Assembly: GCA_973895155.1 (NCBI GenBank)
Contig: OZ316894.1
Span: 8,394,234-8,458,233, forward strand
Reading direction: 5' to 3'
Length of the DNA stretch: 64,000 nucleotides
DNA from: Marsupella aquatica
Lineage: Eukaryota; Plantae; Marchantiophyta
Shown here: piece by piece, positions 35,805 through 46,556 of the stretch
Position numbering within the stretch: the first letter of the stretch is position 1
How the letters are laid out: every line of letters begins with the position of its first letter
Notes under the pieces: generated by a model
Seen by the model: only the letters and a program-made list of their open reading frames with translations
Told to the model about the DNA's origin: nothing
Databases searched by the model: none
Made by a program: the position numbers and the translations under genes

Positions 35805-37808
35805 ATCGACCTTTTCCCTTTTCTGGAATGGCTGGATCCTCGAGGGATTCTGAGGGACTTTAAATCCTTCGAGAAGCGCCAGCGAAGATTCCTGTAGAGC
35901 ATCCTCGAGAGACACCGGGAAACACGGAAGCGCACCAGTGGGGCCAAAACATTGCATGATGACAGCCGAAGGAGCGCGAGCAACTATGTGTACACTCTTC
36001 TCAGCATCCAAGAAGGTAGGATCCTAATCTACAATCGACTCGCCACAATTCGCTTTCAGTCTGTCCAGCTTTATCTCAGACCGAGATTTGGGACGCTTTT
36101 TCTTTCTCATCAGGTTATTTTTGGAAATGCGTTTCTGTGGCAAATCTTGTAAAATTGTTTTTAATTGGAAGTCATTTTTGAAAAGATTAAAAAACAGCAG
36201 AATATTTGTCATTTGACAAATGGAATTTTAGCATTGTTATGACATAACTGTGATTGTGTCTAATAATGTAAAGGGGGCGAGGCGAAAGATTAAGCGACCA
36301 ATGTATGATGGGGTTGCTTTTAAGCATGTGGGTGGCTGGCGTCCATACCACAGCCGCCTAAGTAGAGTGGATTCTCCTTGAATTAGCACGGCACCCTCAT
36401 TTGTTACTGAGATTACAAGTTGAGAAAGAGTAGCCTTCCAAGACATTGACCTCCAAGCAATGCCATTTCTATAAAAGTTGAGATGCAAACTTTTCGATTA
36501 CACCCTAATTCAACTACCACATTTCCATACGGCAACATGAGGCCATCAACTCTAGGTGAGCAATTCTAGAAGGTGATTTGATTGTGCAGATTTTGTGTGT
36601 GCATCAACAAGTAAATAACTTAAACATCCTTACATAGAAACATCTTCTATACAACAAAATGGCAGCCCTTTTGGAAGCGCTTATATTGCGAAACTGTTTG
36701 TAAGTTTGCATCATGCGAGACCCAAAGGGCTAAAGACTAGTAGTCATTTAAAACTGATTCAAACAGACTTTGCGAAATCCTTACAGCTAGAGACAATCCA
36801 TCATTTTCTTGCAGGAATGTTGGCTATCAATGTGAAGTGCTTTTGCCTTGCGATGGAGAGGGGATGAAGAACATAGGTGTCACGGTGAGCCAAACAATTG
36901 AGGCACTTGAAGGAGAGAAAAACCTTGAAAAGGCCCTACATAAGTTCTGATATTGTAATAAATTAGTTCTTACAAGTTTGTGTGGTTGTGGGGAACACTC
37001 TTATCACGTGGTTATTACATCCCTCCAAATACAGCAGTGATAGTGAATATCCATAGCATTGCTCGAGATCCAAGACATGGAAGGATCCTTCACAATTTGA
37101 CCCAGATAGGTTTATGAAATGTGGATCATCAGAAGGAGACCCAACTCTCTTGTCCAAGTCCACAAGTGCCAGTCGGAGTAACTATCGTTCTCTCCCATTT
37201 GGCAGTGGAAGGCGAATGTGCCCCGGATACAATCTACACTGTTCACCGTAATTAGTGTGACTAACACTAATTCGAGAGCGCCCATTTTCAGGGTCTACTC
37301 GCGAATTAGTGTTAGTCACACTAATTTTGTGCAAACACTATTTTCGCGCACATGAATTAGTGTTACTATGGTCTTAAAAGTGAAAAAATACAAAGAAAAA
37401 AACTATTTAAAAAAATCCACAACAATTAATGTTATTTTGGATTAGAGATTATCCATTTTTTACAAGCAATTTAAACCAAACTGAAAAAAATTCATTTTGA
37501 AAACCGACCAAAATTAGTGTTATTTGGACTCAAAATCATTTTTACCAAAATTAGTGTTAGTAACATTAATTTTGTACTAACACTAATTCTTGCATGACAC
37601 TAATTACAGCGAACAGTGTAACTATTGTCCTATTATTAAGAGCAACTGCCACCCTTGTCCATGCATTTGAGCTCAGCCCTCCTCCAGCTTTTATAGAAAA
37701 ATATTTGTCTGTGGAGGAAGGCCCTTCTCAAATTCGGCAACCCAAATCACACATTACTAGCATGTAGGCCCCGCCTAGTATGTCATTTATATCATAGCAA
37801 CATCTGAT
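35805..37808 (+). pseudogene. Cytochrome P450 pseudogene (CYP71-clan-like)
   Basis: 35808-36015 reads DLFPFLEWLDPRG..RFL*SILERH..NYVYTLL with in-frame TAG at 35895. ~37008-37236 reads GYYIPPNTAVIVNIHSIARDP, a frameshift, then WKDPSQFDPDRF..LPFGSGRRMCPGYNL. It continues after a MITE as ..ATLVHAFEL. I did not find I/K-helix exons. A possible decayed N-terminus lies at ~35400-35560. Confidence 0.85.
37237..37618. mobile_element. 382-bp TA-TSD MITE with CACTG termini inserted just after the P450 heme motif
   Basis: TIR CACTGTTCRCYGTAATTAGTGT, TA on both sides, many AATTAGTGT/ACACTAATT subterminal motifs. Confidence 0.92.
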
Positions 37809-39751
37809 TTCCAAAGATAAATGTAATTGGAATTTGGTAGATTCTGGTGTATATATTTTATTAGACTTAGTTGACATTGATCAAGGCCACCCCTTAAACC
37901 CAACCCTTGACCCAACTCACATATATCTACAAGACGATAAGTTAACCCAGTCCACAGTATAGACTCAAAGAACTTGCACTCCCTCCCTCTCCTTTACTTC
38001 CTCCAGTATTTCCTTTGGTATCATGGACAGATCCCAATTATGGCAAGTTGAGAAGACTCATTTTAGCAAAAATTGTGTACTTTGAAAAATGATGGGTTTG
38101 CAGAGTTGTCACGGTGTATGTGATCACATTATGACAATTAAATCTATGTATCTGGACCTATGATTTTGGTTAACAAGATATTAAAACTTTTAAAAACCCT
38201 CTTTGTATTATGTCAAGTAAATCTATGTACAGTCCGATCTGGACCGTTCATTTTGATGAACAAAGTATTCAAACTTTTTCACACCCTCTTTGTATCACTC
38301 GCAAGCCCCTCCCACCTGGTAACAAATGTGTGAAAAGTCCACAAAAAGGAAAGACCGACTCCCTCCCTGTCCATTCTCCTTGCTCTACTTCCCTCTCTTC
38401 CCTGAAGGATACAACTTCAGTACTTTTCGTTCCATTACTTAACTTCTCTCCATCTAAAGACATCCTGCAGTCAACAAAACTATGGACATCCATGTATACT
38501 ACATTGGGGAACATGACTTTAGTTCCCTTCTATGACTATCTGAATTTAAGTTGCACAAACTTGGGATCAATCGAGAGAATACCTTTAATCAAATTTGTGC
38601 ATATACAATTATGGCTCCATAACCTGATATGGCTTATAATCTAGAGCGAAACTATATTTCGAAAGGACTGACAACGAGGCTGCAATTGCTTTGCACCTCC
38701 TCGAATTTAAGCTTTGGGATGATGCGACTCGGTCCCACGCCTTCTCGGTCAAATTCTTCTGCACACACCAAGGGAAGCAGCAACTCAGCTCCGCTTCCAC
38801 ACTTGCTTCCTAAACAGTGCTGGTAGGCCAAAATATTCAGCGATTAGCACCTCCCTCTGGTTCACATCTATTCTCGCAGTAAGTCTGCCATGGATGCCAA
38901 GTGGTCAGGAATCTGAGATTTAGTTCTTGCATAATCATGCCTGGCAGTAACTCTGGGGCTTAATTTTAAGCCATTCCTATCGACCGACCTGCATGAAATT
39001 CAATTGGTGACGTGCTGATGAAGAGCATTTTGAACCCTAGTGGTAGGGGATCTTGGCACCTGGAGTCATGATCCGCGTGAGCTCAGAGATCACGTGTCTA
39101 AGAAAAGACTCACAAGTTGCCACAAATGTTTCAGTTTCAGTCATCTTAATCCCTGTCGACTGTGGACAAAGAGTGGTGTACACTTCGAAGTAGATCGTTA
39201 AACATGACAAGCCAAAGTGAACGACACTCCTATTTATAACAATTTACAGCGCAGCCGTTGGAAACTCTAATTATCTTGACTTGGTGTGCATAGAAGACAA
39301 TGGACGAGTGTTCATGTCTTAACAAATTTTGAATCGATGCACATTACAAACAAATTCATACTATACTTTCACTTTGAAAGAGGTTACAGCTATGCGCTGG
39401 TGTGATTTTTAACTGCTTAGTCTAATAACCACCAAGATAAACTCACAAATAGATTCTCGATACAGATTGGAGACGGTCAAGCTTGGAATATCAAGCGCAA
39501 TTACCATTCTCCACACTGAACTGTCTTCAGTGATACTAACCTCAACGTATAATCTATGTAAACTCGATAGATACTGGCCGGGCACATAGTCGCAGAACTG
39601 TCGAAAACAAAACTGTTCAATTCAATATGAAGTAGAATTCCAAACAGAACATCTTCTAATTGCGTTTGAATCTGAATATCTATATCAACCGCTTTTGAGA
39701 ATGATGATAAGTACGCTTCCCAGGAGTTCTTTGCCCAGACGCGCTCACCCA

Positions 39752-40483
39752 TCAAGATCCTTCATTGCCTACGTCCGTCGATGATTCCTCAAAGATCTTT
39801 TTCTTCGATTCACCAAGTATGTAATCCACTTTTAGATTATCGGCCAACTTGGAGTTAGCTTTCTTGTGCAGTTCCACATATGCAGGGTCTTGCAGGAACG
39901 CAACCAACCCTTCAACTGAAGGTAGACGGACGACAAATGCATGTGTGAATACATCATTCGGCTTGTAGTTTGTCCCTGAAGTCAGTTGCACAATTTGAGC
40001 CTGAATTTTGTTGGGCAAGTCAGATACAATATTCATGAACTCTTCAACTTCAGGAGTAGAGGTGCCCTCCTTGAACTTGAACAGTTCGACATGATCTACG
40101 CCTTCGTTGAACTTCTCACCCTCCTTATATAATTCAGACAGATCAGTATCCACTTCTGCCTCATAGTCTACTGAGTACTCCCCGCTTTGAAATGGTGTTA
40201 TTGTTTTCCTCGAGACATCAATCCGATAATCATCAGCCAAATATGTAGCGAGTGCTTCTTTTGATGCAAAGCGCATCACAAGGACATGGGTGACCCCATG
40301 TGCTTCCTTGGCTAAAACTTGGCCTAAGGCCATGGACATTATGCTTGGAAAGTAATCCTTGAATGACCAGAGACCCTTGTACATGTCCATTTCTTGCACC
40401 TCTGTATAGCCATCCCTGAACTTGAAGAACACGGTATGTTCAATTACCGGTACCGTTACAGTGGTCTTGGTGTCTGTCGACAT
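39752..40483 (-). CDS. Stress-responsive A/B barrel (double Dabb domain) protein, ~243 aa, intronless CDS
   Basis: Two repeats: IEHTVFFKFR..VTHVLVMRF.SKEALATY and VDHVELFKFK..FTHAFVVRL.SVEGLVAF..PAY. ATG at 40483. Likely 5'-UTR intron 41956-40524 (GTAAGT..GTGCAG). Confidence 0.88.
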   Translation of the reverse strand: MSTDTKTTVTVPVIEHTVFFKFRDGYTEVQEMDMYKGLWSFKDYFPSIMSMALGQVLAKEAHGVTHVLVMRFASKEALATYLADDYRIDVSRKTITPFQSGEYSVDYEAEVDTDLSELYKEGEKFNEGVDHVELFKFKEGTSTPEVEEFMNIVSDLPNKIQAQIVQLTSGTNYKPNDVFTHAFVVRLPSVEGLVAFLQDPAYVELHKKANSKLADNLKVDYILGESKKKIFEESSTDVGNEGS

Positions 40484-42648
40484 TGCAGCCACGTGAAGAT
40501 ACAACCCAATGCCGAAGAAGAGACTGCACGCCTTGCTGCAAACTGCCTAGTCCCGAAACTATTCGAGCACTGACTTTAAGACCTGTAAGTTCTCCATTTA
40601 ATCGCAACAATGCCAAGAGCCAACAGAGAGCCGTCAGTAATTGGACAACGCTGGTAATATTCAGCACGATTGTAAGATAACTAAATCTATAAGTTAAATC
40701 AGTCCCTGAACATTTCTTAAAATTAAATTAACTCACCAATAGACACATTGCATTGTACACAACTTTACAGAATCTCAAGAAGAGAAGCGGAAAACCACAA
40801 CTGTAAAATTTATTAATATTCTGTAGAACATTGTTGCGAGTGATCTTGGAAGTTAGGTAGCATGGAACGGATCTATCCAAGCTCTGCACGAGACAGTGTC
40901 AAATCTGCCAGCGACAGGAGTTCAATTCTACACACGCAGCCTCGGAGAATCGACCAGAGAAAAAGATTCAACCTGTTTTGGCGATTTCCAAATTGCAACG
41001 CACGAACGATCAAATTATAAGGGAGGTGAGTTTTGCTGCGACGGATTTCCTAAAGAATGCATGTCAACTAAGACAGCGGAAGCAGGTCAATACTTCTGCC
41101 GTGGGTTTCTTACCTAGACTTTGTAGAATCTGATGTAAAACCGAGAACAGAAAGTTCTGAGTGCAATATTTTGGAGATGGCAGCACTAACTTTCTCGTTT
41201 TCGGTTGGATAAATGATTGAAATTTTGCTCCCCACAGACTGCAGGTCCTCAGTCCCTCCAATTAAATCTGCTTACCTCTCTTAATATAATCAGGACATGC
41301 TGCATCACAAAGTCCATATTGAGCTAGCTAGCTTCAGATTTGAGCTCAAATGGCAGTTAACATTACTTGACATTAAGCTAAGTTTCAGTCGTTGCCGTAC
41401 ACAAGCTCTTCTTTCGATATATTCAAGGGTACAACGCAGAGATTGGAATTTGACGACGCAGCTCTTTGAATGAGAGGAACAAACTGCCAGTCACAGCTTG
41501 GGCCGACAATGTTTGTTCCATTTTGCAATATACGTGAGCACATTGGCCGACAGACAAAGGAGTGACAAAACTAAAACATGGAGTATATAAAGTGACAAAA
41601 GCATTGTCTAGAATGTGTATGCTTCCATCCAAATTCAATGTTCAAACAGTTACAGCCTCGGCATGCTGAAGCAATTAAGAATTCGACGAGCACAACTTGT
41701 AAAACGATCCCCGAACAGGATTGACACAGTAAGATGCATTGATGCTCCTCCTGGTACTGTACTTCCTGGTATACGACATCTCTATCACGCTGCAGCAATC
41801 CCGGTAAACAGAGCACAAGCAAGTAAAGAATTTGCACGGCTCAGATAGAACAAGCAGCTGGCGCCGAGAGAGCAATCCTCACTCCCTTCCAACGCATCCC
41901 ACAGAACACAGCTGTGAGACGCTGAATGACAGGAAGACGAGGGTTCGGTTACTTACACAGTTCACACCTTCTCGAACTTGACCTCTAGAAGACGGACGCG
42001 GCTCAGTTCCACAGGCTTATCAGCAACCTCTCTCGGTCATTTCTTCTCCATGCATTGATGGGAGAAGCAGCACCTCAGCCCTGTTCCCACACTAAGTAAA
42101 TCGCTTCACCACACCGATTCTCGCCCTCGAGTTTCCCTTTCCCTAGGGTTGCAAGACTGCCACCCAGCTCTCTCACTTCACTTCACTTCGCTTCGCTTCA
42201 CTTGAACGCGAGCACTATCTCCTCCCTCGTTCATGCAAACGAATCAAAGTACTTTTTGGAGCTTCGTCATCGACTTCTGGTCTGCTACAGCAATAAAGCT
42301 CTTGTTTCTCTGATCTCTTGGTGCCCTTTCTCGGCTCTGCACCGACGGCTCTCCGACAGAACGGCCTCCAACAGTCCAACGTACTGGACTTTGCATGATT
42401 GTCTCCTGTGCACTCCTAAAGTCCTCTAGACCCACAAACACAAGTTCACTTAATCACATCACACTCTCTAAGCACTACTTTACATGACCTTGAGGGCACT
42501 TTCGGAGGTGCTTTCACCGAAGGAAAATGGATGGCAGTTAGCACACTCCAATAAATATAGTGTCCCCGGGCTAAAAGCATTTTTTACTGACCTCCATTTG
42601 GGGTCCTTTCCAAAATTCCAGGCTCCACAATGCGGCCATCATCATGAA

Positions 42649-42828
42649 GGCTTCAAACACAAAGAGACTTGTTGTTTTGGATAAAATTAACTTCTGCATT
42701 CATGTTTGTGATAAATTTTCTGTAAAAACTAGGACCCCGGCTTCAAACACAAAGAGACTTGTTGTTTTGGATAAAATTAACTTCTGCATTCATGTTTGTG
42801 ATAAATTTTCTGTAAAAACTAGGACCCC
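42649..42828. repeat. Perfect 90-bp tandem duplication
   Basis: 42649-42738 equals 42739-42828. Confidence 0.92.
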
Positions 42829-44206
42829 ATACCGTAAAAAAGAATGTAAAAAAAAACTGACATGCAAATCAAAAGACAAAGATTGATGTAAAACTGCCCC
42901 CAGTAATGGTGTCATTTATAGTTTGATTTGGTAGTTCCCCATGCTGTTTTCTAAGGAGTACTTTACAAGACGTTGGGGGCACTTTGGAGGTTTTTTCACA
43001 AAAGCAAACTAGAGAGCCATTGCACACACTAAATATAGTGTCCTGGGGCTAAAAGCATTTTTTGAATACTTTTATTGTCTCCAAGGTCTTGTGAAGCCAA
43101 TTGCAGCCAATGGTGCTAGATTAATTTACTAGAGATAGATTTGAGGACCCACTCCTCCGGATGTCACATATTCTTTGGCTAAAGTCTTTCTAGATGTGAC
43201 AAGAGAAGATCTTATGAAGGACTTGTGGGTCCCTTTCTAATGCAAATGACTTAAAATAGAAATGGACCAAGGGGCCAGAAGAAAAGACCTCCAAGAGAGG
43301 TGGTCTAAAATCTAGGACAAAAGAGTGCTCCACATAAGCAAAAATTGGGCCCACTTCATACCATGTAGGATTGGTAAACAGGTTTGGTTGAAAGTGCCCC
43401 CAACATTTTGTAAAGTGAACAGCCGCAGTTTTCTCTCAAATGGATGGCTCCGATCAGATCTTGGAGACCCAAAAAAATGGAAACTACCCCCAACTTCTTG
43501 TAAAGCCACCCTAAGTGCCTCAAACACTTATACACGGATTGCACTATGCTATAAATATACGTTAGAGTACTAAATACTCCTAGGAGAGCAACAAAGACTA
43601 GTTCAGTCAATCAATGTAGCTAAGTACATCAAACATGTATCCTTGCTCTCTGCTAGAAGTATACTTTATTGTCTTAAAGTCCGCTGAGTAGAGCGACAAA
43701 GACAGCTTCAGTCAATCACTCTGTCCATGTGCATGAAACACTTATCCTTGCATATGCAATTAGTATACATTACAGTCCCAAAGCCCACTGAGCAGAGCGA
43801 CAAAGAAAAGTTCAGTCAATCACCATGTCCTCAACTGTGTCTAAGTGCATGAAACACTTATCCTTGCATATTCATTTATTTATTTATATATGCAAAAAAA
43901 TACTCTAAAGTCCTGTGAGCAGAGCACGAAGACAAGTTCACTCAATCAGTGTGTCTAAGTATATCAAACACTTCTCTACAGATTGTGTTGTGCTATAAAT
44001 ATACATTGCAGTCCTAAAGTCCTATGAGCAGAGCGACAAAGACAAGTTCACTCAAGCACCATGACTATGTGCATCAAACACTTATCTACGGATTGCGCTA
44101 TGTATACATTGCAGTCCTAAAGTCCTATGAGCAGAGCGACAAAGTTCACTCAAGCACCGTGTTTAAGTGCATTAAACACTTATCCACGGATTGCACTTGG
44201 GGGCCT

Positions 44207-44552
44207 TGTTGAGCATAGACGACAATTGCAACGGCAAGCCCATGAACCATCCAACGCATAAGAGTCGACACAAAGAGATACGTGGCTCACCTCCACATGA
44301 GGCTACGTCCACCAGAACACACAAGAGCTTTACTGCACTCTAGGCCGAACGGCCATACCAAGCATTCACAGCACAAGTTCTCCCTATCTCTCAACTAGCT
44401 CCGTAACAATGAGCCTAAGTTCCACCAGAGGCTGGGACCAGCCCTGGCTATATATTCACAACAACACTACCGCTAACATTAGCTAAGTCCTAACCCGAGT
44501 TAGCCTAACTGTGGTTAGCTCATGAGTCACAAGACTAGAGCAATAACTAACA
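44207..44552 (-). mobile_element. Solo LTR (chimeric copia LTR)
   Basis: TGTTGAGCATAG...AATAACTAACA; 5-bp TSD GGCCT. Confidence 0.92.
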
Positions 44553-44691
44553 GGCCTCACTCCAAGGCGGTATCATATCATGCGCATAGTAAATATCCTA
44601 AAACATAAGTAAATAAATTTTTTAAGGGATTTTTTTGCTCCTAACTTTTTGGTCTCATATTTGGTTTTAAAAACCCTATCATGGGTATAAC

Positions 44692-45018
44692 CACCGTGAC
44701 AGCAAACAGCAAACAGCAAACAGTTACTCGTAACAGCAAACGGGTGGTAAAAAATTTGGAATTTTTTTTGGAATTTTTTTGGGGAAAAAATATTAAATAT
44801 TTTTTGTGAGTCGATATTTTTTGGCTAGCGCCCGGAGCTAGTAATAGTATCGCCTTACACTAGCAAAAAATTGTCATGTTTTAAATTATTTTGAAAATTG
44901 TGACTTTTAATGACACATTTTTAGATTGTCTAGTTTGCTCGTAACAGTAAATTTTTGCTCGTAATAGGAAATTTTTTGCTCGTAACAGTAAATCTGTTTG
45001 CTATTTGCTGTCACGGTG
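44692..45018. mobile_element. TIR element with CACCGTG termini
   Basis: 25-bp TIR CACCGTGACAGCAAAYAGCAAACAG; internal GCTCGTAACAGTAAA repeats; flanks ATAAC/AAAAC. Confidence 0.8.
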
Positions 45019-45361
45019 AAAACCCTCCCCTATCATTATTATAATTCTCAAACTTGGATTAAAACACCCCTCATGTGCTTCCACCAAAAAATAGAAATAG
45101 TTTGCTGAACCCAATAAAAAAACCCTATACTTATTCAAGTGTGATGGATCAACAGAAAAGAAGTAAAGACTCAGGGGGATTGCACTATGCTATAAGAATA
45201 CATTAGAGTCCTTAAATCCTTTGACCAAAGCGACAAAATCAGATCAAAGTGTCTCAATGCATCAAGCTAATGCTCACATTGGGAGTTGGTCCACCTGATG
45301 TGTTTAGATTGGAAAACACATTATGCAAAGAAACTCTAGTTATGCCTTCTCATGCAGAGGC

Positions 45362-45663
45362 CTTGGGGGTTTCATTTCCACAAAAATGACACATCACGTG
45401 CAACAAAGTATAGGTTCATTTTATAGGTTTGAAGGGAAGACTTAAAAAAAGTTGAGAAAAACAATAGGGTCTTTTTAATCCAATTTTGAGACTTATAAGA
45501 ACATTAGGGTCCTTATAACCAAAATTTTAGAATATTCCAAGAATATTCCATCTTTATAGGGGTTGAAATTTTATTTTTCTTCTTATTTTTCATACATTTT
45601 TTGGGGTCCAAGGCCTAAAAACATCGCAGGTTATGGGGAGATCCATATAGTGAGACCCCCGAG
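45362..45663. mobile_element. 8-bp-TSD MITE (second family)
   Basis: CTTGGGGGTTTCAT...AGTGAGACCCCCGAG; TSD GCAGAGGC. Confidence 0.9.
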
Positions 45664-46247
45664 GCAGAGGCAACATGCAATTTTGGAGTAGCAACCACCT
45701 ACTTGCTACTAGTGAAACATGGCACGCAACAACGATAAGGGTGATGGATTATATTACCAACATGCCCTACCTATGAGAGGACTAGATTCAAACCTAGTGT
45801 TATGTAATAGGATAATCATAGGGTATTTTTTGATTAGTTGGGCCCACTAAGCAATATACCAGCTAGAGAGAGTGTTATTGGTGAGGTTATTTGATACTAG
45901 AGTTCAACCCTTGATGTTGGGTAAGTCTGCTATATCAAAGATTGGGATTGTATCCGGATGATCTAGACGAGTGTCCCTTTCCAGTTCAGACTTCATTGGG
46001 AGAACCTATACTCACACATCATATCATCATTTTCAACCCTTGATGTTACAATAGGTAAGTCTCTTACATCAAGATTGGGATTGTGTCCATATGATCTAGA
46101 TACCGGATGAGCATTTGACCTTAAAATTCATTCACTGAAGAGGATCATCCAAATGATAGTTCACATATATAGACTTGAGCTATATTTGAGCTATTCTGAC
46201 TAAGGCTGAGTCATATGGACTTGAGCTATATTTGAGCTATTCTAACT

Positions 46248-46556
46248 CTCGGGGGTCTCACTATATGGAGACTTGGGTGGAGACCTCCCCATCACCTGCG
46301 ACATTTTTAGGCCACAGACCCCTAATATGTAAGAATTTTTTAGAATTTTCAACCCATGTAACACTGGAATGTTCTTGGAATATTCTAAGATTTTGACTAA
46401 AAAGATACTAATGTTCTTATAAATCTCAAAAATTGAATTTAAATGACCATTTTTTTCTGCAAAAATTCTTAAGTCTTCCTTTAGAATCAATAAAACAACC
46501 ATATCCTTTGTCGCACGTGATCAATGTATCGTTTTTGTGGAAGTGAAACCCCTAAG
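46248..46556. mobile_element. 8-bp-TSD MITE (second family) inside a short tandem array
   Basis: CTCGGGGGTCTCACT...AGTGAAACCCCTAAG; TSD TTCTAACT. Host repeat TTGAGCTATTCT.ACTAAG.CTGAGTCATATG spans 46170-46670. Confidence 0.9.

Larger units (their letters stand above)
44196..45176. mobile_element. 8-bp-TSD MITE (same family as 10116, inverted) holding a solo LTR and a second TIR element
   Basis: CTTGGGGGCCT[LTR]CACTCCAAGG...GAAAAGAAGTAAAGACTCAGGG; TSD GGATTGCA. Confidence 0.8.
43530..45270. repeat. Degenerate ~100-120-bp tandem array interrupted by a MITE nest
   Basis: GAGCAGAGCGACAAAGAC.AGTTCA.TCAA..GCATCAAACACTTATC about six times to 44195; array resumes at 45177. Confidence 0.75.

Noticed and set aside
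38600-38900. Coding-looking stretch downstream of the Dabb gene
   Set aside because: No frame gave a motif I recognise and there is no convincing splice structure.
45840-45920. tRNA or tRNA-derived SINE (GAGTTCAACCC B-box-like)
   Set aside because: No cloverleaf or clear A box.
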